Shown here piece after piece: positions 1-9,737 of a DNA stretch of 64,000 nucleotides; the first letter of the stretch is position 1, and each line of letters opens with the position of its first letter. The DNA lies in NCBI GenBank assembly GCA_963835065.1, contig CAWIEK010000030.1, forward strand, positions 1-64,000, written 5' to 3'. The DNA is from an uncultured Chthonomonadaceae bacterium (GTDB lineage Bacteria; Armatimonadota; Chthonomonadetes; Chthonomonadales; Chthonomonadaceae). A model generated the notes under the pieces. The model searched no databases, had not been told where the DNA came from, and was given only the letters and a program-made list of their open reading frames with translations. The position numbers and the translations under genes are program-made.

Positions 1-105
1 CTCGATCTCGTCTTGCTGCTCGCTGATCGCCTACGCTTCCCAGCGCCTCTTCTGCCTCCTCTTTTTTCCCTGCTGAACTGTTTCCGCCGCCTGCGCCTTA
101 CGCCA

Positions 106-1216
106 TCAGCGCTGGCGAGATTGACCTGACGCTAACGTCTCGCGTGCCTCGTCCTCGCGCTTGGCGAGATACTTCATGGGCAAGTCGTAGTTTTTGTCCA
201 GCGCAGCGACCAGATAGCCTCCAGCGTCCTGATAGGTGCAGAAGGGCAGGGCGGCAATGCGTTCAAGGCACGCCTGTTCGCCGTGTTTTTCAACCAGCCG
301 CTTTGCCGTCGCCAAGGGCTTGACGCCATGCGACATCAGCGCCGCCACTGCCTTTGATCCCTCATCGGTACAGGCAAGCCCACCAGGGGCTTGTGAGGGG
401 CCTGGTGGAGATACGGGCGGCAGCATGTCTAGCAAGGGCGTCATGCCCGATTGTGTGGGCTTGGTGGAGCGCTCACCACGACTGGTGGAACTGGATCCCT
501 TTGCATCTGCAAAGAAACAACAACAGACGCTTGCGTTTGCGCTCGCGCTTTCGGCGGCGCAGGCGTGTTTGTTGTTGTAGTCTTCTTTGTAGTCTTTGAA
601 GAAGTCTCCGTTGTATTATATGTATTGCACCGTTCTATCGGAGGAGAGTCCCCCGTTCTATCGGTGGAGGTTCCTCCGATAGAACCCGACCCCTTCCCCG
701 TTCTATCGGAGGAGGGTGGGGTGACAGAATCGATACCCTTCTCCGTTTCATCGGTGGAGGGGGTGTCATTGGGGCAGGAAGGGGGCACGACAAGATTGGT
801 GATGGCCCTCACCGCTTCCACAACCGGTTCCAAGAACACCACGTTGCCGATCATGCGCCCCATAACTTCGATGGTGCGTGTTTCCACCGTAACCAACCCG
901 GCATTGCGAAGAAAGTGGACAGCATCTTCGGTTTGCCCTTTTGTCAGGCCAAACTGCCCTCCCCACTTTTTATAATCCTTTTGAAGTTTGTCTGCGCGGA
1001 ACTTCTGTCGGACTTCCACGCTCGCCCCGTGGCTTCGTCGCGCAGGATGGTTGGGCGGTACCAGTACATCACGTCAGCAAGTAGGGTGATCGCCGCCAGG
1101 TTTGCTTTGCCGTTGGCGAATTGAAGCGCTGGGGCTTGATACCAGGCGTGCGGGGTGATGTTGCCCTCCAGATGCAATTCACCGATGGCAGCGACAACCG
1201 CGTTCAGAGGGCTCAT
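106..1216 (-). pseudogene. Phage-type replication initiator (replisome organiser/DnaD-like N-terminus), split over ORFs 944-1216, 441-1019 and probably 106-444
   Basis: GNITPHAWY...NLAAITLLADVMYWYRPT.LRDE.TG continues after a 1-nt shift near 1020 as KFRADKLQKDYKKWGGQFG...FLEP, matching this family; followed by a low-complexity linker with DNA repeats. Confidence 0.7.
630..754. repeat. Iteron-like repeats CCGTTCTATCGG inside the replication gene (putative origin)
   Basis: Copies at 630, 653 and 698, an inverted core at 676-685, a variant CCGTTTCATCGG at 743; AT-rich stretch at about 611-627. Confidence 0.6.
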
Positions 1217-1506
1217 TTCGCAGCCTCCTTCAGCAGCCGCGTTGCAGTTGTCCTCTGGCTGGCGGAACAGGCAAATTCAGCCAAGCACAAATAGATGAGG
1301 ACAGTGGCGCGAGGGACACGCAGGCGACTGGCAATCTCCTCAATCGAAGCGCCTTCGTCCGCTTGGGCGACAATTTCGCAGATGCGCTTGCGAACGACGT
1401 AAGGTTCAGGTACAATTAAACACACGATTTCAAGCCTCCCTTCAGGTTTGTAGTCCAGGGCGTGATGGGTGGTGCAAACACCTGTTGCGCCCGATTTGTT
1501 TTTCAC
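1213..1506 (-). CDS. Small HTH DNA-binding protein (possible excisionase/regulator)
   Basis: ASIEEIASRLRVPRATVLIYL HTH-like segment; 4-bp overlaps with the integrase and rep genes. Confidence 0.5.
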   Translation of the reverse strand: MKNKSGATGVCTTHHALDYKPEGRLEIVCLIVPEPYVVRKRICEIVAQADEGASIEEIASRLRVPRATVLIYLCLAEFACSASQRTTATRLLKEAAK

Positions 1507-2603
1507 ACGATGCGCGGCTTGCGCTGGCGCACCACCGCCTGCTTGCCTAAAATGCTGGCAAGCGGGGCAGCGGCCTCATGGACTTCACGATTGTGTTCCT
1601 TGTCGCTTTGAGCGTAGATTTGGGTCGTCTTCAAAGAATCGTGCCCCAGGATGTCCTTTGCCGCAAGCGTGCTATGCTTGGCGATGCGGGTTGCGGTCGA
1701 GTGGCGCAAGGCGTGCGGCGTAAACTTCTTGATCCCGGCATACTCCAAAAACTTCCTGAAATGCTTGCCGAAGTACGATGTTGTCAGTTTGTCGCCTGCG
1801 TTGGAGAAAAATACCAGGTCGGTTTCGGGCGCGAGTTTGGTACGCACCTTCAGCCAGGCGTCCAAAATCGTGGCCCACTCCGCAGATATAGGAACAGTGC
1901 GCGGGCGCTTGGTTTTGGATTTGGTAATGCGTATCTCCCTTGCGTCCAGGTCGATGTCTTTGAGGGTGAGCGCAAAGAATTCGCCTGAGCGCACGCCCGT
2001 GTTGATCAGCCCGGCAACGAGGGCATAGTCGCGTGTCCGAAAGAAACGGCGCTGGGCAGGCGTCATGTAGCGCACGTCCTCGTTGTGGCGCGGATCATAG
2101 CGCTCCTCGATGGCTTGCAATACAGCCGTCAACTCCGCTTGCGTCGGAACCGGGATGCTCACCTTCGGCGGCTTTTCAATTTTGTATCCGGCAAGCGGAT
2201 TGCGTCCCACCAGCCCGCGCATGGACGCGAATTTGAAGAAGGCGCAGGCGGCGATCTGGTCGTGATAGACTGTGCCGGGGGAAACCGCCTTGCCACTGCG
2301 CCCGCCGCTGCTTTTGCGCCAAACGATATACTTGTCCAGGTGCGATTCCCGAAACTGGTGGAGCGTGACGCCCTGCTCCTCACACCAGCGGACGAGGACG
2401 GTTAGTTGCGTCTGGTAGTAGCGCGATGTGCTGGCTTCAGTGGTAGCGTCCTTTTTGACCAAAAATTCTTCGACAGCGCTTCCCCAGGTTGCGCCCAGGT
2501 TGGCTTTGGCACTGCGTACTTGTCGCAGCGCTTTTTCCAGGATGGCGATTTCATCCTCATTTGCGGTCTCGATCAGGTCGGCAAGACGGGCAGGGGTAGT
2601 CAT
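1503..2603 (-). CDS. Tyrosine recombinase/integrase
   Basis: GVRSGE (R), KSKT (K), HALRH, LGH, TQIY catalytic residues; AGGAGG RBS before ATG 2603; next to tRNA 3' end. Confidence 0.93.
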   Translation of the reverse strand: MTTPARLADLIETANEDEIAILEKALRQVRSAKANLGATWGSAVEEFLVKKDATTEASTSRYYQTQLTVLVRWCEEQGVTLHQFRESHLDKYIVWRKSSGGRSGKAVSPGTVYHDQIAACAFFKFASMRGLVGRNPLAGYKIEKPPKVSIPVPTQAELTAVLQAIEERYDPRHNEDVRYMTPAQRRFFRTRDYALVAGLINTGVRSGEFFALTLKDIDLDAREIRITKSKTKRPRTVPISAEWATILDAWLKVRTKLAPETDLVFFSNAGDKLTTSYFGKHFRKFLEYAGIKKFTPHALRHSTATRIAKHSTLAAKDILGHDSLKTTQIYAQSDKEHNREVHEAAAPLASILGKQAVVRQRKPRIV

Positions 2604-2676
2604 ACTGAGTATCCTCCTAAAATGGTGTTTTTCACTCACAAGCAATGTTAATAACGGTCACACTTGGCAAAAACTT

Positions 2677-2710
2677 GAGGGGGCACTGAAAAATTTTTCA
2701 GTGCCCCCTC
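2677..2710 (-). terminator. Perfect 34-bp palindrome, likely terminator of the tRNA transcript
   Basis: GAGGGGGCACTGAAAAA|TTTTTCAGTGCCCCCTC followed on the - strand by AAGTTTTT. Confidence 0.55.
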
Positions 2711-2736
2711 CAAAACCTACCAGATTTAATTTGAGA

Positions 2737-2809
2737 TGCGCCCGGAGCGATTCGAACGCCCGACCTGCTGATCCGAAGTCAGCTGCTCTATCCACTGGGC
2801 TACGGGCGC
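2737..2809 (-). tRNA. tRNA-Arg (anticodon UCG), CCA not encoded
   Basis: GCGCCCG acceptor stem, D-arm, GCTGA-CTTCGGA-TCAGC anticodon arm, GGGCG-TTCGAAT-CGCTC T-arm. Confidence 0.93.
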
Positions 2810-2976
2810 AAACCATTTCGCGTTTTCGTTCTTCCTTTATTGTGACGGTTTCAGGGCAAATTGTCAAGACGCAAGGTGAAAATAGGGGTTGGGGCAAACG
2901 TTGGGAACAGGAACAGGCAGGGTGCGTCTTGTTGCGCGGGGAAGAATTAGCGAGAAAAGTTCTTTGAAGAGTTTGC

Positions 2977-5199
2977 TTGGAAAAAATGTTTATGGATAAA
3001 GCAAAATGGCGGCGCAGGCTGGTGAAAACCATGCTGGCCGGTTTGGGCGTGACGGCATTGGTTGGCGGATGGGGCGCGTGGACGGTTTACAGCGTGGCGC
3101 AGCAGTTGCCCGCTATTACCAGTTTGGCTGATCCGCGACTCAATCAGGCCACCTCGATTGTTTCCAGCGACGGCGTTTTGCTGGCGACCCTGCGGACGCG
3201 GGATCAGCGCCCTGTCCGTTTGGAAGCGATTTCGCCGTTTCTCGTCAGCGCGACATTGGCGACGGAAGACAGCCGCTTTTACGCGCATGACGGCGTGGAT
3301 AGGCGCGGCGTCCTGCGGGCGCTATGGAGCAATCTGCGCATGGGCAATGCGCGCGGGCAGGGCGGCAGCACCATCACGCAGCAGCTTGTGCGGAACATCT
3401 ACCTTTCCAAAGAAAAAACTTATCGCCGCAAAATCGCGGAAATGCTGCTGGCGCGGCGGCTTGAATCCCAATTCTCCAAAAACGACATTCTGGAAGCGTA
3501 CCTTAATACGGTTTATTACGGCAGTGGCAATTACGGCGTGGAAGCCGCGTCGCGCAGCTACTTCGGCAAGCCTGCAAAAGATTTATCGTTGGGCGAGGCC
3601 GCGCTTCTTGCCGGTATCCCGCAGCGCCCCGCCGCCTTCGCGCCGACCACGCATTTACGGGCGGCCTTAGAGCGCCGCCGTGACGTGCTGGAACGACTGG
3701 CGGCAGACGGGCAAATTTCGCCCGAACAGCGCGCGATTGCCGAAGCGGAACGCCCGCATATTCTGCGCCCGCAGGTGGAAGGCTTGAAATCGTGGAAAGC
3801 GCCGTACCTGGTGGCGGACGTGATTGCCAAAGTGCGGGAACAGTACGGCGGAGAGTTTCTGTATTCCGGCGCGACGATTGAAACCACGCTCAACTGGCAG
3901 ATGCAGCAGGCGGCGGAACGCGCCTTGCGCGAAGCCGTACACAGCGGCGGCAAATCAAGTTCCAATCCGAATACGGGGGCGCTTGTCAGCATTGACCCGC
4001 GCAATGGCTATGTCCGCGCCCTTGTCGGCGGGCCGGACTTCCTGCGCGATCAATTTAATGCGGCCACGCGGGGCATACGGCAGCCCGGTTCCGCCTTCAA
4101 GCCCCTGCTGTACGCGACAGCCTTCGATGCAAACATTTGCAGCCTGATTTCCACTTACAAGGACGCGCCCCTGACGTATCCCGGCAGTGGCAAGAAGGAC
4201 TACGTTGTTCACAACTTCGATCAGGGTTACCGGGGCGATGTGTCCGTACTCGACGCCCTGCGCCACTCGCTGAACACGGTTGCCGTAAAGGTCGGTGAGG
4301 ACACTGGCCCGGCGAACGTCGCCACTTGCGCCGCGAAATTGGGCATTCACACGCCCTTAGAGCCGACCCTGCCGCTTGCGTTGGGCGCAAGCGGCGTTCA
4401 TCCGCTGGACTTGTGTTCCGCGTATACCGCTTTTGCCAATGGCGGCGACCGCTACGAGCCGACCCTGATTGTCAAGATAACCAATGTTCGCGGCGCGACA
4501 ATATGGCAGGATGACGCTTCCACGCGCCTGAAGCCCCATTTTCTCAAAGCGCGGACGCTGGACCAAATCAATGTCGCGCTCCGGGAAGTGGTGACAAGTG
4601 GCACGGCGCAGGCCGCAGCCGTCATTCCCGACGCGCATGGCAAAACCGGAACCACGAACAGCCACCGCGATGCGTGGTTTGTCGGCTACACAGGCGAACT
4701 GGCGACAGCGATCTGGGTCGCCCACTCCCGCAAGGAAACCCAAACGGAAAACGGCGTGGCAACCACCGTCATCACGTATGCGCCGATGGAGGGCGCGACG
4801 GGCGGGCATCTGTGCGCTCCGGTTTGGGCAAAGTTCATGCAGGCCGCGCTTCCCGTGCAGCAAAAAGTAAACCAGTTAAGCGGGATCGCGCCCCGAACCA
4901 CGCAGGAGCCGACAACCGAAGCCCTTGTCGCGGACTTGCGGGCGGACGCCAAACGCATTGCCCTCGAAAAGAAAGCCAAAAGGGAAGCCGACGCGGGGAT
5001 TGCATCCGCCGACGGCCAAACCGTCATCCCCGCCGACTTCCAGCCTGCGGAAAACGGCAGCGCCCCGATTACCGTGACCGCTCCCGACGACGCAACGGAA
5101 AAAACGAGCGAACCGGGGGATGAAACCACGGGGAACACGGGGGACACGGGGGGCAGACAGGGAGACGAGGAGAGGGGGAGAGGGGGAGAAAATCCCTGA
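2977..5199 (+). CDS. Class A penicillin-binding protein (transglycosylase/transpeptidase)
   Basis: N-terminal TM, EDSRFYAHDGVD, GGSTITQQL, SAFK, SLN, KTG; exact start uncertain. Confidence 0.93.
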   Translation: MEKMFMDKAKWRRRLVKTMLAGLGVTALVGGWGAWTVYSVAQQLPAITSLADPRLNQATSIVSSDGVLLATLRTRDQRPVRLEAISPFLVSATLATEDSRFYAHDGVDRRGVLRALWSNLRMGNARGQGGSTITQQLVRNIYLSKEKTYRRKIAEMLLARRLESQFSKNDILEAYLNTVYYGSGNYGVEAASRSYFGKPAKDLSLGEAALLAGIPQRPAAFAPTTHLRAALERRRDVLERLAADGQISPEQRAIAEAERPHILRPQVEGLKSWKAPYLVADVIAKVREQYGGEFLYSGATIETTLNWQMQQAAERALREAVHSGGKSSSNPNTGALVSIDPRNGYVRALVGGPDFLRDQFNAATRGIRQPGSAFKPLLYATAFDANICSLISTYKDAPLTYPGSGKKDYVVHNFDQGYRGDVSVLDALRHSLNTVAVKVGEDTGPANVATCAAKLGIHTPLEPTLPLALGASGVHPLDLCSAYTAFANGGDRYEPTLIVKITNVRGATIWQDDASTRLKPHFLKARTLDQINVALREVVTSGTAQAAAVIPDAHGKTGTTNSHRDAWFVGYTGELATAIWVAHSRKETQTENGVATTVITYAPMEGATGGHLCAPVWAKFMQAALPVQQKVNQLSGIAPRTTQEPTTEALVADLRADAKRIALEKKAKREADAGIASADGQTVIPADFQPAENGSAPITVTAPDDATEKTSEPGDETTGNTGDTGGRQGDEERGRGGENP

Positions 5200-5224
5200 A
5201 CGTGAGAAACCCCTTCTCGAATAG

Positions 5225-5265
5225 CCCTCACCCCAGCCCCTCTCCCAAAAAGGCATGGGAGAGGG
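5225..5265. repeat. CCCTCACCCC..CCCTCTCCC/GGGAGAGGG palindromic extragenic element
   Basis: Hairpin CCCTCTCCCA...TGGGAGAGGG preceded by CCCTCACCCC, between convergent genes. Confidence 0.55.
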
Positions 5266-5409
5266 AAGGCGATTTCTATACGGGATAGTGAACGCAGTTT
5301 ATGGGGTATCTCACAAGAATCAACGTTCCGGTCGCAGACCGGTTGGCCGCAGGCCCATCAGACGGGTCGTTCACGACTCGGCTCAATGGTCTCAATGAAT
5401 GTTCGGGCG

Positions 5410-6024
5410 TTAGGGGTCGGAGGCAGGGCCTTGACGGTACACCTTGCCGGCGGCATCGCCGGGTTTCCATGTCGAACCGTCGCCTGCGTGACTGTTGACG
5501 GGCGGCGCTCCCTCCACTTCCGGCGGCGGGGTTCCGCCGCTTGCAGGGTTGGCGGCGATTGACGGAGAACCCGGCGCAGAGGGCATGGACGCAGCCGGTA
5601 CGGAAGGGGCAGAAGCGGAAGGCGTTGCCGCCGCAGACCCGCCCATGCCGCTGCCTCCCGGCGCGCTCGGCGAGGTCGGCGGAGTGGCTGCCGGCGTTGC
5701 GGCATTAGCGCTCCCGCCGGTACTCGTGTCCGATGACGCGCTCGTTCCTGATCTGGCGGAAACGGCAGCGCCGGCGGCAGGAGAGTTTCCGATATTGGCG
5801 GCAGATTTCCCCGAATCCTCCGGCCCGACGCCAAATATAAACCACAGCCCGGCAGCGATGATCACGAGCAGGACGATGCCGCCGCCGATGAGCGCGGGAC
5901 GGGGCAAATTTGCAAGCGGAAGTTCGCGCCGCGCCGCGGCCACAGCCGTTTTTTGCGCGGGTTTCGGCGTCTGAGCGTTCCCCGAACTGGCCTCTCCCCG
6001 CGATAAATGCACATTCTTAGCCAT
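5410..6024 (-). CDS. Hypothetical single-TM protein with Ala/Ser/Pro/Gly-rich tail
   Basis: One hydrophobic helix; CAGGAG RBS; co-oriented downstream of two prepilin genes. Confidence 0.65.
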   Translation of the reverse strand: MAKNVHLSRGEASSGNAQTPKPAQKTAVAAARRELPLANLPRPALIGGGIVLLVIIAAGLWFIFGVGPEDSGKSAANIGNSPAAGAAVSARSGTSASSDTSTGGSANAATPAATPPTSPSAPGGSGMGGSAAATPSASAPSVPAASMPSAPGSPSIAANPASGGTPPPEVEGAPPVNSHAGDGSTWKPGDAAGKVYRQGPASDP

Positions 6025-6034
6025 GAATGTCTCC

Positions 6035-6157
6035 TGGTTGGTGACTGGTGGTTGGTGGTTGGTTTCCTGTACCGGATGTTTTGCTGCGGAACAGTGTCAT
6101 TTATCTGCGCATCAGGAACCATCAGATAAGTAACCAACCACCAACCACTAATCACTA
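6035..6157. repeat. Inverted heptamer arrays (TGGTTGG)n ... (CCAACCA)n
   Basis: About 4 units at 6035-6063 and complementary units at 6133-6157; ends on the upstream gene's stop codon. Confidence 0.8.
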
Positions 6158-6992
6158 TGGATTCTTGCGTTTGTCGAACATGCTCCAGTTGGTCGGGCCG
6201 CTGCCGGTACACTCCGGCCCGCCGCCCGAAGACCAGGTTCTGGTCGTAGCGCAGCAGTTTGGCATGGCCGTCGGCAAAGACCAGCGTGGCGCGCATCGCA
6301 TGCTGCGGATCGTTATTGGGACTGGAATCGAACCAGTGGGATTTTCGGGGGTATTGCAGCCAGGTTGCGCCCGTCGGGTCCGGGTAGGTACACCAGTCCT
6401 GCGTGCCGGACAGGTTTTGATGGACGCTGAACGGCGTGTCGAGATTGCTGCCGGCTTCCCAGCGCTCATAACAGGCCACCATGCTGGCGGGCGTGCCGAT
6501 TTCCGCCAGAGCCGCGCCCCAATCGGTGTGCGAAATGCCCCCCGGAGCCGAGCAGTCGCCATTCAGTCGGTCGCGCGGCCCGGAAGTCAGGATGTAACTG
6601 CGCTTGCGCGATTGGGAAACGCCCGCGCCGGGATCGGTGCTGTCGGAAGGGCATTGAAAAATTTGCGTGTTTTTCATGTACGGCTGAATCATCGTATTCC
6701 ACTGCGAACCGTTGATGGCGGTTCCTCCCACGCCGCAAGCGTCGGTAGGGTCCGACCAGCGCGTGGCGACGAAGCGCTCGTCATAATCCTGCAGGTACAT
6801 GTGCAGCGCGAGGCCGATCTGTTTGGCGTTGCTGAGGCAGGACGTGGAGCGCGCTTTCTCCCGCGCCTGCGCAAAAACCGGAAATAAAATCGCGGCCAGA
6901 ATGGCGATAATGGCGATGACGACGAGCAGTTCAATCAGGGTGAAGGCGTTGAGCGTTGAGCGTTGAGCGTTGAGAAACTTTCTGGATTGCAT
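6155..6992 (-). CDS. Prepilin-type N-terminal cleavage/methylation, DUF1559, H-X9-DG protein (single-base frameshift near 6240)
   Basis: [33 protein letters not shown]...CPSD...[15 protein letters not shown]; natural-looking C-terminus [10 protein letters not shown]...MFDKRKNP in another frame. Confidence 0.85.
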
Positions 6993-7093
6993 TTCAACTC
7001 CTCGCAACAGGAAAACGCGGAGGACGGGCGGACGGCAGGCTTCGGCGTCCATGCGGCTGCGCCCTCCGAAGGGACAGCAAAAGAGGGAACGGA

Positions 7094-7912
7094 TTAGTCA
7101 ATGGTGGAAGCGCTGCCTAAAATGCCGTCGCCGTTGTAGTCGAGGCCATCGCGGGCGGGCACGAGGCCGGGAGGATTGCACACGGGCGAGGTCGCATAAC
7201 GGAACCACTTGACGTGCCCATCCACCATGCCGTAAACGGCTCCATCCGCATGGCGGTCTGCGGCCACGCGGGGTTCCGTCGCGCCCGAATTAGGACAGCC
7301 GGTTCCTCCCGCGCTCGTCCAGCCGGGCAAGGCGAGGGGATCTGCCGGGTTGTTGAGTTTGCGCCCGCCCAGGGTGAAGTTGCCCTTGTCAATGAAGAAG
7401 GCGAGGGATTGATAGTACGTGGTTCCGTTTGTCACCACGTTGTTGATGCCCATCGCGTCGGCGAAAATGGGCGTTTGCGCTACAACGGGGATGCCCGCGA
7501 GTGGGCGGTTGCCGCCGCTGCCCGTCGTGCGGGCAATTTCGGCATTGTAGCTGTAGCTCATGTTGTGCTGGTCGCTGGGGCATTTGAACACGCCGACGTT
7601 TTTGATGTACGGCTGTATCGAAACGTTCCACACGCTGGCATAGCCGCACGAAGAGCCGTCGCACGTGCCGTCGCTTTTGGGGAACGCATAGGGAACCGCG
7701 CGCTCGTCATAATCCTGAGCGTACATTTGCCAGGCCAGCAGCAGCTGCTTGGTATTGGAGGTGCAGGAGGTTTGCCGGGCCTTTTCGCGGGCTTTGGCAA
7801 ACACAGGAAAGAGGATGGCAGCCAGGATCGCGATAATGGCGATCACCACGAGCAGTTCGATCAGAGTAAACCCACGCCGATCAAAATTGCGCATAAACGT
7901 CTCCTGTGACAT
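7094..7912 (-). CDS. Prepilin-type DUF1559 / H-X9-DG protein
   Basis: [14 protein letters not shown]..., [20 protein letters not shown]. Confidence 0.92.
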   Translation of the reverse strand: MSQETFMRNFDRRGFTLIELLVVIAIIAILAAILFPVFAKAREKARQTSCTSNTKQLLLAWQMYAQDYDERAVPYAFPKSDGTCDGSSCGYASVWNVSIQPYIKNVGVFKCPSDQHNMSYSYNAEIARTTGSGGNRPLAGIPVVAQTPIFADAMGINNVVTNGTTYYQSLAFFIDKGNFTLGGRKLNNPADPLALPGWTSAGGTGCPNSGATEPRVAADRHADGAVYGMVDGHVKWFRYATSPVCNPPGLVPARDGLDYNGDGILGSASTID

Positions 7913-8112
7913 TGCGCGGTCCGTGAAGCCGCGCTCTTCATACCGGCGATGCTATGTCAACGGCTTCAGCGCCGTCATAAAGGAGGCCCGCATAATTACC
8001 TGCGAACGTCCATGTGAGCGCAATTATAACACGGCTTGCTGCATGTGTCAACAATTATTTTGCGATAGAAGGAAATTTCAAATATATTTTCTTCCATTGC
8101 GCAGAGCGAATA

Positions 8113-8730
8113 TCACGCAAAGAGACGCTTGTAATCCTCCGGCGTCAGGGCGAAAACGAAAGTATCGCGCAGTTCGCCGTTCTTACTCCGACTGTGATTG
8201 CGCAGGGTGGCTTCGTGGACAAACCCCAGGCGGCGCGGCACATTGGCGCTGCGAACGTTGCGGGCATCGCAGCGTATTTCCAGCCGATTGGCTTGCAGCG
8301 TTTCAAAGCAGCAGCGCGTCAGCAATGTAACCGCTTCCGTCATGTACCCCTTCCCCTCTTCTGATTGCCGCAGCCAGTAGCCGATTTCAAAGGCGGGAAT
8401 GTCCCAGTGGATGCGGTGCAATCCTGTCCCGCCAAGATAGCGCCCGTCTTCGCGCCGCCAGATGCCAAGCGGCAAATCGTCGCGCAGTATCCAATGCGCC
8501 CGCGCCCGCCGAACAAACGCCTGCGCTTCCGTCAGATCGTATTCCGGCGTCGCCCAGGGCAGCCAGGGCTGTAAATGCGCGAGCGACTCGGCAACGGCTT
8601 CATACACACCCTCCGCGTCTTCCACGCGAAACGGGCGCAGCAGTATGCGCTCGCCCGTCAGTTCTTCGGGCACTTCGCGCAAAATACAGGGCGGTTCTTT
8701 TGCTTTGACGGCAGGGGCAGTTTCGGGCAT
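8113..8730 (-). CDS. RimJ/RimL-type GNAT N-acetyltransferase
   Basis: EIGYWLRQSEEGKGYMTEA, NVRSANVPRRLGF..E; start moved to ATG 8730 behind a GGAG RBS. Confidence 0.9.
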   Translation of the reverse strand: MPETAPAVKAKEPPCILREVPEELTGERILLRPFRVEDAEGVYEAVAESLAHLQPWLPWATPEYDLTEAQAFVRRARAHWILRDDLPLGIWRREDGRYLGGTGLHRIHWDIPAFEIGYWLRQSEEGKGYMTEAVTLLTRCCFETLQANRLEIRCDARNVRSANVPRRLGFVHEATLRNHSRSKNGELRDTFVFALTPEDYKRLFA

Positions 8731-8755
8731 GACGAGTTCTCCTGTCTGGGAAGAG

Positions 8756-8803
8756 GGTGTTCGGTGTTCGGTATTCGGTATTCGGTGTTGGGTGTTGGGC
8801 GTT
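8756..8803. repeat. Heptamer array (GGTRTTS)x6-7
   Basis: GGTGTTC GGTGTTC GGTATTC GGTATTC GGTGTTG GGTGTTG GGCGTT. Confidence 0.85.
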
Positions 8804-8916
8804 TTAAGGAGTGCCTGCCGTATAGAATCAAGCAGACAGCCCATCCCGGTCATCACACTTAATTTGGATTGGTTTCAGTAAAGAATACAGACAGGCAAAT
8901 GAGGGGAGAAGTTGCA

Positions 8917-8993
8917 GAGTAGGGAGTGGGGAGTAGGCAGTAGGGAGTAGGAACATGCTTTTCTACTGCCTACTCCCTACTCCCCACTCCCTA
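8917..8993. repeat. Inverted heptamer arrays (GAGTAGG)x5 ... (CCTACTC)x4
   Basis: About 30-bp complementary arms with a short loop. Confidence 0.9.
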
Positions 8994-9025
8994 TATTCAA
9001 GCGCCGCGCAGCCGGACTGTGAGGG

Positions 9026-9553
9026 CTACTCCGGCAGGTCGGCGAAGGTGGGGAGGTAATCGCGCCACACTTCGTTTTTGCGACCCATCAGGTACTTGGT
9101 CAGGCTGATATACGGCGTGTATTTGGGACGACGGGGCGTACGCGCCAGTTTCATGCCGATCTGGTGCGCCAGCTTGTCGCTTTTCTTCATGTTGCACCGG
9201 CGGCAGCAGGTAACAAGGTTATCCCACGACGCGCCGCCGCCCGCGCGCTTGGGAATCACGTGGTCAATGGTCAGGTCTTTGGTCGTGGAACCGCAATACT
9301 GGCACACATAATTGTCACGCGCAAAGATAGTGCGCCGAGACAGTTTGAGTTCGGGCAGAGGCCGCTTGACGTGTCCGCGCAGCTTGACGACGGAGGGCGT
9401 GATAAAGCTGCCGTCCACCGTTGCCGCCGAACGATCCTCGTCCGTGTGCAGAATATCCGCTTTGCCCAGATACACCAGCACAATCGCCCGCCGCACATTA
9501 CACACGTTGAGCGGCTCGTAGTCACTGTTGAGAACCAGAACTTCTTGATTCAT
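9026..9553 (-). CDS. HNH endonuclease (McrA-like, VLVLNxxYEPL type)
   Basis: RDNYVCQYCG, TIDHVIP, WDNLVTCCRRCNMKK. Confidence 0.92.
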   Translation of the reverse strand: MNQEVLVLNSDYEPLNVCNVRRAIVLVYLGKADILHTDEDRSAATVDGSFITPSVVKLRGHVKRPLPELKLSRRTIFARDNYVCQYCGSTTKDLTIDHVIPKRAGGGASWDNLVTCCRRCNMKKSDKLAHQIGMKLARTPRRPKYTPYISLTKYLMGRKNEVWRDYLPTFADLPE

Positions 9554-9590
9554 CGTTTGGCACTCCCCTTTCATAAGAGCAGGCAGTAAG

Positions 9591-9698
9591 CAGGCATTAG
9601 GCATCAGGCATTAGATATTAGGCATTTGCTTGATGCGCTTCCCCTGTACTGCTCGACAATCCACAATCCACAATCGGCAATCGAAAATCCACAATCCA
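9591..9698. repeat. Two adjacent heptamer arrays (YAGGCAT)x5 and (CAATCCA)x6
   Basis: 9591-9625 and 9657-9698, degenerate units. Confidence 0.85.
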
Positions 9699-9703
9699 AA
9701 TGC

Positions 9704-9737
9704 AAAACCCGCCCGATGCCGTCAGGCATGGAGCGGG
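9704..9737 (-). terminator. Intrinsic terminator-like hairpin upstream of the HNH gene (possible attenuator)
   Basis: CCCGCTCCATGCC-TGAC-GGCATCGGGCGGG-TTTT on the - strand. Confidence 0.5.

Larger units (their letters stand above)
1..2736 (-). mobile_element. Edge of an integrative element (prophage/satellite-like) inserted at tRNA-Arg, continuing beyond the window start
   Basis: Integrase just downstream of the tRNA 3' end plus phage-type rep gene; second att site not in window. Confidence 0.7.
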
